From: Entomortierella parvispora E1425
Taxonomy: Eukaryota; Fungi; Mortierellomycota
Length of the DNA stretch: 64,000 nucleotides
Assembly: GCA_020891255.1 (NCBI GenBank)
Contig: BQFW01000011.1
Location: 1,364,001 to 1,428,000, forward strand
Direction: 5' to 3'
Shown: positions 27,249 to 39,103 of the stretch, piece after piece
How positions within the stretch are numbered: position 1 is the stretch's first letter
Layout: every line of letters begins with the position of its first letter
Notes under the pieces: generated by a model
Database searches by the model: none
The model's input: only the letters and a program-made list of their open reading frames with translations
Told to the model about the DNA's origin: nothing
Position numbers and translations under genes: made by a program

Positions 27249-28034
27249 CGTGTCGCGTGCAAAGGAGACAGGGACAGGGACAGGATGGATTCAGTGGGAA
27301 AGAAAGGAGAGAAGGAACGGAGCAAAACGCGAGTAAAAGAGGACAAGAAGAAGAGTGGAGATAGGAAGCAGGGGAGGGAGCAAAGGGAATGAAAGGGCAG
27401 GGGAGGAAGGGAAGGGAAGGGAAGGAAGGCAAATGAACGAACGAATGAATGAATGAAGAGCGAAAAGAAGAAAAAGCAAACGAGGACGGGGGAGAAATAC
27501 GTGGGAGGGGCTTTTGCATGTGGGCGGTGCATAGAAATCAAAGGGGCATGTATGTATGTATGTATGGTTGGACACACCCCTCCTTCTCTCTCGCTCTGTT
27601 TCTCTTGCTGGATGGCCCGTCGCCCTTCCTTCTCTGTCCCTTCTCTCTCACTTGAACATTCGCCTCGTAGGAGACGCGTTCTTGTCCCCGAGATCTGTTT
27701 CCGTCTTCTGTGCACATCCCCACCGATCCCCCATCCCCTCCGTCCCTACCCCTGCCCCCAATCGCATCATCGACCGCAGGAACGGCTCCACAGAAACGGA
27801 CCCGTCGATCGGTCTTTGCGTCTCTTCTCCACATTTTTTTTTTGTATTAGGTTCCTGTTCTGTCATTCTTTCGCTTTTTCCCTCTTTCCTCTTCTCGTCT
27901 TCTTCACCCCCATCCTTTCTCGACGTCCCTTGTCTCTCGCTCCCTCACCTCTTCCTAGCCGTCCCCTGATCCCTCTTACATCTCTGCTGCATCCCTCTTC
28001 CATTCCATTTCCTCTCTTTCCTCTCTCCATCACA

Positions 28035-30554
28035 ATGCCACCATTCATCCCTCCCCTGGCCGACCCGTCCAAGACCGTCTCCAGCCTCGTGGCCGAGCGT
28101 GCTCTAGTCTCCTTCCCCATCGAGCCCTTGACTCAGTTCCTCCATGGTGCCAACCTCGATCCTCAGCGCAAGATCCGTAACCTATTGGAGCAAGATCCAG
28201 TCTTCTCCAACGCTGACAAACCCTTCTTGAGCCGAGAAAAGATGTATGTCCGCTCGCTTGAGAAGGCAGCCAAGCTGGTCGAGATGCGAAAGAAGAACAA
28301 CTGGTCGGACGAAGATATGATGCGTGCCATGATGATGGTTGGTGACTCCACGCCCCAGTTCTTGGTAAGTTTTTGCAGGGAAACGACAACTTGAATTAGC
28401 GGTTTGATTTTTTTTTTTTTCATTTTTATGGTTGATGATCGATCGCCCCTCCCCGCTAACGGTCCGGAGAAAGCGAACAGGGCGTGCATTGATCCGTCCC
28501 GATATTTTGTTTTTCTTTATCATGGCACAATAGCATGAAGCCCTTTTTATTCCTACTCTCCGCACCCAACTCTCGGACGAGCAGCAAAAGATCTGGCTCC
28601 CCAAGGCTGTGAACTACGAGATCTTTGGATGGTAAAGCTCACTTGACCGTGTTGTCAATACGGATGCAATTGCTCAATCGATACCAGGTTCCAGGTTCTG
28701 TACTCTGTGCTGTGACCATTTTAACAAAACTACCCTATTTCTCCTTGCCTTCCAAACATAGTTACGCCCAGACGGAACTTGCCCATGGGTCCAACTTGCG
28801 CAAACTCGAGACCACGGCAACTTTTATCCCCGAGACGGATGAGTTTGAGATTGATACCCCCACCATCAACGCTATGAAGTGGTGGCCTGGAGCCTTGGCT
28901 CAAACCTCAACCCACTGCGCCATCTATGCCCGTCTTATCCTCCATGGAAAGGATTATGGTGTCCATCCTTTCCTGCTCCAGATCCGTGCTCCCGGCACAC
29001 ATGCACCCATGCCTAACATTGAGATTGGCAACTTGGGTAACAAGATCGGATTCAATACCATTGATAACGGCTTTATGCGAGTTCACAAGGTTCGCATCCC
29101 CCGTGAGCAAATGATGATGCGCAACTCTAAGGTCACTCGGGAGGGCGTCTACGTTCCTGCTAAAAACGCAAAGATGAACTACTCGACCATGGTTGCAATC
29201 CGTGCCAACATTGTCAAGAATGCTGGATATGCTCTTGGCCAAGCCCTGACAATCGCGATCCGTTACTCAATGGTCCGCGTCCAAGGAGGTGATCGGATCC
29301 CATCCCAGAAAGGTGAGGAGCTCAAGATCATTGACCATGGCATGCAACGGTTCCGTTTGACGACTTCCTTGGCCTTGAGCTATGCCATGTTGATGACGGG
29401 TCGCGTCATGACCGACCTTCATAAGCGCAATTTGAAGAATGTGGTTCAAGGTGAGGTTGGATTGATGGCTGAGGTCCATGCTACATCCTCGGGCCTGAAA
29501 GCCTTGACTTCCGATCTCGCCACGGCCCAGATGGAGGACGCGAGAAGAGCTTGTGGTGGACATGGCTATGCTTGGTGCGGAGGAATCGTCGACATCTTGA
29601 CCACTACCCTTCAAGATGTCACTGTGGAAGGTAAGAAGATGAATGAGTCTCGACCGATGCGAGTGCAGAAAAATTGGGGGCGCAAAGTGATTGATTAACA
29701 ACTGTTTTTCATTCCATTTTTTTTTTTTTTTTTTTTTTTTTGGCCGATAATCAATGAATATTGTAGGTGAAAACACCATTCTGCATCTACAGACTTCTCG
29801 CTGGCTGCTCAAGACAGTCCTCCAGGCCAAGAAGACTAACGATCTGTCGATGGTTCCCTCTGGCTTGAGATCTGCCTTGGCCGGCAACCACGTGATCGAG
29901 GACGAAAAGTCGACCATTGTTCCTGGCCAACCTATTTCTGGAGAGACCCTGATCGCGGCATTCTGGCACCGAGAGGCACGTGTTCTCCAAGAGGTGGTCC
30001 TCCAGATCCTGAAGGACGGCGCCGGAGAGGAAGCCATGGCAAAGTCCCAGGTTCAGATGGTGGAGTTGTCTCGCACTCACGGTGAAGGCATGTTGGTCCG
30101 TAACTTTTACGAGGCCATTGCACAACAGGAACAAGTCATCCGGAACGAGCACAAGGCGGATCCCACCAAGGGCTACCTGCCCGTCTTGAAGATGCTCTGC
30201 GAACTTCATGCGATCCATCGTTTGATTGAGCAGTCGGGAGATTTCTTGGAGGATGGCTATGTTTCTCGAAGACAGCTGAACTGGTGCAAGGACCGTCGCA
30301 GTCAATTGATTGATCTCTTGCGCTATGAGATCATTGGCCTTGTCGATGCCTTTGACATCTCGGATAACCAGCTCAACTCTGCCATTGGCCGTAAGGACGG
30401 ACGCGTGTATGAGTCACTTTATGAATGGGCAAAGTACGGCATGACTATCATGGAGAAGGGAAGCCAAGGCGGTGTTCTGGGCTTTGACGAGGTCATGAAG
30501 GATGTTCTCGCTGAGGGCAGACGTCTGAACGGCGTTGCCACCTCCAAACTTTAG
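28035..30554 (+). CDS. POX1: Peroxisomal acyl-CoA oxidase
   Basis: YAQTELAHGSN, KWWPGAL, GFNTIDNGF, ARRACGGHGY, VTVEG|ENTIL (catalytic Glu), NSAIGRKDGRVYESL; C-terminal PTS1 SKL*. Confidence 0.95.
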
Positions 30555-32238
30555 ACCCGTGTGAATAGATAGAAAAAAATTACTTTCTATACGTAGTTCG
30601 CAACCACTCAGACTATTGCTTTTCTCGATCTGGAGCGGTCATGACAATGCGATTCGAATCATGATACAGCGCTGGGTGCTAAGAGAGGGATTTGAGCGGC
30701 AGCGGTGTTCATAATGGTTCTTCTATCCTTTTACCTTTGTCCTTTGTCAACAAGAAGGAAGAGAAAAGAGAAATAACGGACAATAAGTATGGTTTGAAAC
30801 ACAAGTGAACGAACATTGTTGTGAAAAGCACGACTACGGGGTTTATCCTGCAGCATGACCAGAGCAACTCTGCGGAAGACAAGATTTTTGGTATTTATTA
30901 TCATCGTTGTACTTGGAGGAAGATGAGGAGTGCAAGGGGGAGAATACGTCAGCTTGTTTGCTATACATGTAATATTCTATTGAAATGAACAGGATGCTCC
31001 GCGTCTCCCTGCGCAAAGCATCCTGCTCTGGAGTCCGGACCCGATTGAACTTCGCCGACTCTGCGGTAAATTGCTGCATGCCGTCTTTCTAGCACCTCAG
31101 GCAGAAGAGGCTCTCATTGGCAGGAAGGACAGCTAGTGCGGGCGCGGACGCGTGATCTAGCAAACAAACACGAAGAATGTAAAAAAGGGGTATTGGGCGG
31201 GATCTCTCGCTGTTTTTTCTCTGCCCAGGTGATACGGTCGACTTGTTCAGCAAAGTGAGTACCTGCTCCAGCAAAATGCCCATCGTGCCTTGAGCTTTGA
31301 TGTCTGGCAATTCGAGAACGACATTATGACGACAATGCCATTGTTCAGAAACGAGAACTTGGCCGGACACTTCTCAAGGCGCCAAACCCTGGGTCTCTGA
31401 ATGAATTCGTCCCTCCCGAGTTTTTCAGTCATCTAAAAGAGATTTCAGAATGAGAGAGGATCAGAACTTTTGTATGGGTTTTGTTTGCTTGATCTTCAAG
31501 AAAAGGAAACAGCAAGAGAAGAATCGTTTACCTCTTCCGGCTCCTTCAAAATCATGGTCGGCCATGGAATGTGGAAATCTGATCCATTGATTGTAGAGTA
31601 TATAGCCTGAACCTTGCGGCAGATACACAATGGCTCTTTGAGGTCGAGTCCTTGTCAGGTGGGATGGTCTGGCCACGCTTGTCTTTGGTCACAAGGTTGG
31701 GCCAGTGCTGTTCAGCAAAGGTCTGTCCGGCGTTGACTCTTGTAGATATTTTTGACATCCTAGAGTCCTTATCCAGATCCAGAATGTATTTCCCTGAGGA
31801 GTTTCGCTTGTCTTCATAGGATGTGAGTGTTGTCGTCTATTGTCAACCAGGGAAACTAGTTGACGAAGCTCAGATCCAAAAAGTCGTATCCAAAATGCAG
31901 CCTGTCCACGTTGTCCTGCTCCTCTTCTTGGTCATAACCAAGTAGGAAAATAGGGAGTTAATAATCAATAGATGAGAATGCTGTTTCATGCGCAAGGGTA
32001 GTTTACCCGTACGTGCATACATGGGGATAGGTCCTTTCGCAAGAGAGTGAAAGTAGAGGCGCTGAACCGATACATCAACATGCTGGGGAAGCCAGGAAAC
32101 AAGGTCCTTTCACATAGAAGCAGGTGGAGAGGAAAAGGACAGGGCAAGTGGAAGAAGACAAATGAAGGGATGAAAAAGGGATGAAGAGATGAAGACAGGA
32201 TGGTGGTGATGGTGGTGATGGTGGCGAGTCGGTGAGAG

Positions 32239-32651
32239 CAGAGCCTCGGGCGGGGTGTGACTACGCTGTAAATTTTCATCCTTGCTGGTGGGCGTGCTTC
32301 AAAGCACGCCAGGGCGGCCACTCAAAACAAGACGAGCGTATCACACATTGACGACACAGCGCACCAGAGCAACCCAGATGGCGTTCCTGCATCTCCGACA
32401 TGGCGTACCTGCATCTCCGACATGGCGTACCTGCATCCCCGACATGGCGTACCTGCATCCCCGACATGGCGTACTTGCATTCCTGACATGGCGCACTTGC
32501 ATTCCCGACATTGGTGGGGCAACAATCCCGACATGGTGTCTCCCGTGCTACCAACTACGACCAGTTGCCACAGACAATATCATGCCGGCGATGGACCCTT
32601 TCTTTGCCCCTTTCATATTTTCTATCAACAATCAACAAGTACATTCATCGC
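32239..32651 (+). repeat. Left terminal inverted repeat (413 bp) with 6+ copies of 22-bp ATGGCGTACCTGCATC(T/C)CCGAC
   Basis: Reverse complement of 37617-38029. Tandem units start at 32378, 32400, 32422, 32444, 32466 and 32488. Confidence 0.95.
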
Positions 32652-32826
32652 TATTTGGACTTCAGGGATAGCATTTAAATGATTTTGACCGAGACTTATC
32701 AAATACGACGTTATTGCTGGCGAAGGATTTATTTCTGGATTGATCGAACTTGTTAGTTGAAGAAGGCTCCAGAAATGAAGAATGAACAACCAGTTTCATG
32801 AAATCATTATGTCACCAGTCTTCAAT

Positions 32827-33822
32827 CTATTCTCTTGGTTCCTCCTCAGATCTTTCTGGGTTCACACGTCGGTGTCCTTGAAGTCTCGTCGGTGCGTTGG
32901 TAGCGAGGGAATTAACTGCATGAATGGATGAATAGTTAGTTCCAGTGTAGATATTATCGAAATTATTTTCAGGGATGATGTTAACGTACATGGTTGCCGG
33001 ACAGTGGGACCACCCAACCTTGCCAATTGAAAAGAAAGTAATCGCTGACCGTCGTTCACTTCATGCCTCCAAGTTCTTACTTCATCCATAAAGGTATAGA
33101 CGGCTAGTGGTTCAGTGATAGAGCTCAATTAGTTTCAGCAATCAAGATTCTGATCATGTTCACGTCATGAGATGCAGTAGCGCACCTTCAACAAAAACTG
33201 GCATATTAACGATGTCGGGAATAGGAGCGCTGAGTTCGCGTGTTGCTGACGACTCTGACGAGGTCAATGGCTGCAAGGAGATCACTGGCTCTGAGGAGAT
33301 CACTGACTCGTTCAGAGTTGGGTTGGGAACAAAAGCAGGTGGTCTTTCCTCTCTGCGTTTTGCTTCAGAGGGACCAGCCTCAGATTTCTTTTTTTGGTGA
33401 TGAAGGCCAGAGGCTCTTATATTGGAGGGACCCGCACCTGAAAACCCCGCTCTGGAGGGGCCAGCGGTAGAAGTCCCCACGCCAGAGGGACTAGCAGCAG
33501 ATGCCCCCGTGGTGGAGGGGACAGTACCTGTGGCATTCATCATTCGGAACTGTTCCTTCACAGTAATGCAACTGTCGTAATGGCGCTTCACAGAGCCAGT
33601 GGATAGAATCCTTGCCCTTCTGCAGATGCAAGTAAAGAGTCCTATCTTCCTGTCGCGGTGGAAGGTAACTTGATTGCGGCTATGCCCACACGTAAATGTG
33701 AATGGCTCGTCAACATGGTGTGTTTTCCAGTGAAACTCGTCGTCCGGGGTAAAGTTCTCTCTATCTTCTTGAACTAGGCCCTGGCCGCAGACTTGGAAAG
33801 AGCAACTTGATGCTTTGGGCAT
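32827..33822 (-). CDS. Transposon cargo gene: putative Cys/His zinc-finger protein
   Basis: ATG 33822 MPKASSCSFQVC...HWKTHH...CICRRARILSTGSVKRHYDSC, then a low-complexity S/A/P region. A downstream intron is supported by GTACGT/CTAAC/CAG (~32990-32917). The junction near 33163-33124 is uncertain. Confidence 0.6.
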
Positions 33823-33918
33823 TATGATATGGTGATGAGGAATTGTGTGCGAAAAGGAAAAGAAAGAAGAAGAGAAAGCGGTACATGTACAGGGGTTCCT
33901 TACAAAAAATGGGTGGGA

Positions 33919-34240
33919 CAGCAAGATTGGCAAAGGGGGGGAGAGAAAGGGGGAGCAGTAAGATTGGCAAAAAGGGGAGCAGCAAAGTTGGCAAAATGGG
34001 GAGCAGCAAGATTGGCAAAGGGGGGAGAGAAAGGGGGAGCAGTAAGATTGGCAAAAAGGGGAGCAGCAAAGTTGGCAAAATGGGGAGCAGCAAGATTGGC
34101 AAAGGGGGGAGAGAAAGGGGGAGCAGTAAGATTGGCAAAAAGGGGAGCAGCAAAGTTGGCAAAATGGGGAGCAGCAAGATTAGCAAAAGGGGGAGCAGCA
34201 AGATTAGCAAAAGGGTTGCTGCAAGGTTGGCAAAAAGGGG
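33919..34240. repeat. ~84-bp higher-order tandem repeat (24+24+36 subunits around TTGGCAAA/GGGGAGCAG) inside the hAT element
   Basis: CAGCAAG recurs at 33919, 34004, 34088 and 34172, followed by degenerate 24-bp units. Confidence 0.92.
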
Positions 34241-34300
34241 AACAGAAAAGGTGGAGCACCAAGGTAAGGAAGACATTGAGTGGAGAGGCACTACTGTAGT

Positions 34301-37300
34301 TTATTGGCGGTGATAGTGGAAAGTTGGGTTCATATTTCTGCGCGCGTCGAGTTTGACAGCCTCATCAACAGCATGGATTTTTGTGATCTCGGGTATAGCT
34401 TTTGCAAAACTTCGAGCAAAAAGTACCGCCTGAAAGTTGTGGTCCGCCATGGAAGCTCTTTTCTTGTCAAGGATCAATCCTGCTTGACTGAATGCTCGCT
34501 CGGAATCGGATGAAGTTGCCTGAATGCATAGATATGACAGTGCAATAGAACACAGACTCATGAGAGATTCATTCGAACGATGCTGGAGCCAAAAGTCTTG
34601 AGGGCAATCCATGAACTTCTTCGTGTAGGCTTCGGACGAACAAAAGGCGCCGTAAACGTTAAGAGCTAGGAAGGCGTATCCTTGGCTATTTGCTCGGAGG
34701 ATCAGTCCCATGGTTTCATCCAGGAAAGGGTCGGGGTCGATTTCCTCCGCTTCTTTGTGTCGGCGAGTCAAGTGCTCGACAACCAGATTGCCGGCCAGTT
34801 CTTTCGCACGGTTCAAAAGACTCTTGCCGTCTATCTCTGTATCCATCAAGAATTTTGATGAGGCACAGGCTGGGTTGAAGTAAATGGCAAGGAGGATGGC
34901 GTCTGGGACGTTGGTCAATGGCCAGGACTCCTTGATCTGATAGTCCAGACTTCTGTGCAGGGCTCTGGCTTGAGGCGTAGTAAACGACTCAACAGCAGGG
35001 AGAATAGAGTAAGCGCGAGCGTAGACGTGAGAGAGTGTTGGCTTCGATGCGTGCCCAGCCCAATGGGTGAAATCTGCTGCTGGTTGCAACAAGGCGAGCA
35101 TCTCTCCAAGAGCGACAGCCTCGTCATCACAGAGCATCACCTCGCGTAATTCATTTGCTTTCATCTTCAGATCCCTTGTGCCACTCTCAAGATCGCAAAG
35201 GGAGGCAGTTATGGCAGGTAAGAGTTTGTGTACCCTTGCAGACATAGTGAACCATGAGTTCCATCGTGTTTTGTTGAAGGTCAAGAGGTTCCACTGCTTT
35301 CCATCGAAGTGGCGCTTCTGCTGCGAGTTGAGGATGTCCGTAGCTGCAGAACTCTCAGCGAAAACCGCAGAAATATCCTTGCACTTCTGAAAGATGGCGA
35401 AGACTGAGCTCTGTCGTTTGAGTGCGTTGTTGATACAAAGCTGTATCTTATGGGAGGCACAGGGAATCCATGCAATCGGCGCAACTTGGTTGTTGTAAAG
35501 AGTCATAGCCAATTTGACATTCGCACCCTGGTCTGTTGTAATGCCTGACACTCGGTTGTGTAAACCCCAATCACGGACAACGCGATCTGTAAACAATGTG
35601 TATAGCTGTTAGCGTCATAAATATCAGCTGCAACGAAACCTGACCCCTGGTTAAACCTACCCAAAGCGTCCATAATGTTGATAGCTGTTTGACGTCCATG
35701 AATGCGTTCCATGCCGATGATGAAGGAAACCATGCCAGATGACCTCGAAAAAAAATGACAGGTAATCCCGAGAAATTTCCTCCTATCACGACTACTCCAC
35801 CCGTCAAGAGTAAGCGAAACCTTGTCGAGTTGAGACGTGAGAAAGCTTTTGATAAACGTCTTGGCACTCTGCGTTGTGGCCTTGAGCCTCTTCTGGAGAG
35901 TAGGAATAGTCGGGATGGTAAAATGAGCGTTGAGGTCTCGGCAAAGCTTCTTCATTGAGGGGTGCGCAAGCTGGCTGAACGGCGCACCAGCCTCCGTGAC
36001 CAAACTCAAAAGATTGTCATGAAAGTCAAGGATATCCCGTTCAGTTGGCTTCCTCATGTTGCTTGCAATTTGTTCCTGGCGGACAACTTCGTACCTCGCC
36101 CCCAATGGCGCTGTTTCTCCAACAGCCTGAAGTACTTCCTCTCCTCGAACCATTTCTTGGTACTTCCGGAACTCGCTCAGAGCCAACCACAGGTCATTGT
36201 GTTCCTTGTTCATATGGCCGATCTTGCCAGTATTTCCACCAGTGCTGTATTCAGCGCCACAGATCTCCTCAGCCTCGCCACTCTCGCCAGACTTTGCGAC
36301 AACACACCGGTGTTTTAAAAATTTTGCTTTCCCGGGTCCAACAGCTGCGTCGTATCCTTCCAGGCGGACGAGGGTAAAGAAATGCATCAGGATACCAGTC
36401 TTGTTGGTACTTTTCTTAATGGGGACCCTTGCCAATACCTTCTGCGTTTCGGGGGCATTCTCACAGAGTTCTGATGGGGGGATAGTCCCAATCTCATAAG
36501 ATTCGTACGCCTTATACCACTCTTCAGTTGCGGGATGGCTTTCCCTGACTTTGATACGGAGCCGAGAAATTCGGTCCATTCGCTGGTCCATCAGTTGAGG
36601 AAGACTTCGAAGAGACAATGTATCCTCATTTTCCATGTTTTGTTCCTCAGAGACGTTGTCGATGGGCTGCTGGATTCGCGCTCGCCGTTCCAGGACATAT
36701 TTAGAGGGCGCTGGATATACGAGCTCAGGCTCAGGTGCTGAATTTGCGCGAACAAACGGCGGGGGAGCAGAGGTTGAAGCCGAAACAAGCGAGGTAGCGA
36801 CTGATCTCTTTCTTGGAAATACAGGAGTATGGATCGGAGGAACAGATGCCTAGTAAACGATAAAAAAGAAATGAAGCAAACAGAGTGAGTTTATGGTGGG
36901 ATCAGATGGATTTTGATCATATGTCCTATCATTGCTAAATTACGGGAAAATCATCCTCTCCGACATCTTCAGTTTCGGCATCTTTCGGTCTTTTTTGCGC
37001 GAGAGGCCCGGGTCGAGATTGACATTGCATCACCGTCCTTGGTGGAGGCACAGATTGACATTGCCTCCAGATCCTGGGATGAGGAAAAAAGCCCCCCACG
37101 CACATGTTAGTAGATATTCTTTTGGCACTATTCCTATCCACGGCAAACACTTACATGTTCATTGATGCGCAAGTGGTTTGGGAGTGAAGATTCGGTCAAC
37201 ATGGCAATCCTAATGTTCTCCTAAAATAAACGCTGCACGTTAGCGGAAGAGACGTTGAAGTGACATTCCAAGAGGTTATTTACCTCTTCGTTATCTTCGT

Positions 37301-37433
37301 TTTCGCTTTCACTATCTTCACTATCTGATGTCGTGGAAGACTCCCCGTCATCAGAGAGAAACTCTTCGGCCAGGTCACTGTTAGCCTCTTCAACGTATTC
37401 GTCGGCAAAGGGATCATAAGCTTCCACGGACAT
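34301..37433 (-). CDS. hAT transposase with BED-like finger and C-terminal dimerization domain (apparent 1-nt frameshift in a 5' exon)
   Basis: Inferred exons 37433-37284, 37220-37155, 37073-36944, 36849-35661, 35586-34301. Motifs C..C..H..H (BED-like), SLTLDGWSS, GITTDQGANVK, WIPCASHKIQL, KTRWNS and LCIQATSSDSERAFSQAGLILDKKRASM. Confidence 0.92.
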
Positions 37434-37616
37434 GGTCTTTACTGTGCAGAGTGATATGGAAAGGGTGTGTTGGTGGGAGCAGGGGTGAGAAGGGCGGACG
37501 ACGGCAGCACAGCTTTTTATACATCGCTTGAAATAGAGCCAGCATGGTGCAAAAATATCTCGAACTTCCGCTGGGAATGTTCATAAGTCTCCGACGGATA
37601 TTGCTGAATGAGCATG

Positions 37617-38029
37617 GCGATGAATGTACTTGTTGATTGTTGATAGAAAATATGAAAGGGGCAAAGAAAGGGTCCATCGCCGGCATGATATTGTCTGTGG
37701 CAACTGGTCGTAGTTGGTAGCACGGGAGACACCATGTCGGGATTGTTGCCCCACCAATGTCGGGAATGCAAGTGCGCCATGTCAGGAATGCAAGTACGCC
37801 ATGTCGGGGATGCAGGTACGCCATGTCGGGGATGCAGGTACGCCATGTCGGAGATGCAGGTACGCCATGTCGGAGATGCAGGAACGCCATCTGGGTTGCT
37901 CTGGTGCGCTGTGTCGTCAATGTGTGATACGCTCGTCTTGTTTTGAGTGGCCGCCCTGGCGTGCTTTGAAGCACGCCCACCAGCAAGGATGAAAATTTAC
38001 AGCGTAGTCACACCCCGCCCGAGGCTCTG
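37617..38029 (-). repeat. Right terminal inverted repeat (413 bp)
   Basis: Reverse complement of 32239-32651; no mismatches noticed by eye. Confidence 0.95.
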
Positions 38030-39103
38030 GGTGAGAGAGAAAAGGGGAAGCACGTGCATTTAGAGTTGGTGGCGGACGCGACTGGGAGTCTGGGACTGGG
38101 GGAAGCTCGGAGTGGAGCCAGACGCGTGGATTAAAAGGACAAAGTTGACGTGGATACTTGGCGGTGTTATGGCCAAAAGATACGGTGGCCAAAAGATAGG
38201 GAGCTCGACCCAGCTTGGACGAGGACATGCGCCTCTGCTCGCGAGAAATTCAAGAGGCAAAATGGAGGACCGCTTGGAGGAAGGTGGGACAATAAGAGAA
38301 AGTGTCAAGAGGAGGACGGGAGATGGAAGGTCCATGGAAGGTCCATTAGAGCATGGAGAGAGTCCAGGAGGCAGCAAGATGGAGGAAAGGAGGAAAGGAG
38401 GGAGGGAAGAAGAGATGGCACTCTACTCAGAAAAAGAAAGAGAGGAGAGAGAGGAGAGAGAGAGAGCGAAGGTCAAGAAAGAACAAAAAAATAAAGTAGG
38501 AGGTCCCTTGGGACGCGGTGGAGGGGCGATACTCGCTATACATGGGCCTGTCACGTCGATTTCACTCATACCATGTCCGCAGCAACTTGCTGGTTACAGT
38601 CTGTGGGATCAAGCACACATGTCAGCGTTCATAAAGTCCTTTCCGCGCGCGTGCCGCACGGCTACAACTACTTTTGCCATAAATATAAAAATTATGTTTT
38701 TTCATCCCCTTTATAGGCGTTTTTTGGGGACAACTTGCCCTTGCGGTACCAGGAGGTTTTTTGGTAAAATGATTTCAATCGAGGCATTTTGTGACTACCA
38801 AAGACAGAAAAAGTCAATGGTCGCACAATGCAGCACAAAAAAAAGAAGGCCGTTGTTGAGTGATTGGTGGCTTGTGGGTCTAAGCGAGATTCTCGTGGGT
38901 GTGAGAGGGAAGCACAGCTGTTGGAAGGATGAAACTGTGCACATATCGAGAGGGATCAACAGAATAAAGGCAGGGCCACGGGAAGACATGTTAGCCAAGC
39001 TGGAGAAGGAACAGGAACAGCAAGTCTTTTACGACTGGCTGAGGGACTGGAGAGCGAGCACTCGGGCCGAGAAACTTAGCCAGAAGCGGAGAAAGGAGCA
39101 ATT

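Larger units (their letters stand above)
32239..38029 (-). mobile_element. hAT-superfamily DNA transposon, 5,791 bp, 413-bp TIRs, 8-bp TSD GGTGAGAG
   Basis: Ends CAGAGCCTCGGG...CCCGAGGCTCTG. GGTGAGAG flanks both sides (32231-32238 and 38030-38037). An internal hAT transposase is present. Confidence 0.96.

Noticed and set aside
27453-28394. 313-aa ORF upstream extension
   Set aside because: Only the part from ATG 28035 is the acyl-CoA oxidase; the rest is divergent promoter/UTR sequence.
32378-32540. CRISPR-like array (22-bp repeats; mirrored at ~37730-37890)
   Set aside because: The units are head-to-tail with no unique spacers, there are no cas genes, the context is eukaryotic, and they lie inside transposon TIRs.
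32276-32682. ORFs in the TIRs (MVARETPCR.., MLVGVLQST.., and mirrored copies at 37414-37992)
   Set aside because: They are by-products of the tandem repeat and inverted duplication, with no protein-like composition or motif.
33761-34313. Repetitive ORFs on both strands (LLLPILPT.., GSSKIGK..)
   Set aside because: They are translations of the 84-bp minisatellite, open in several frames at once.
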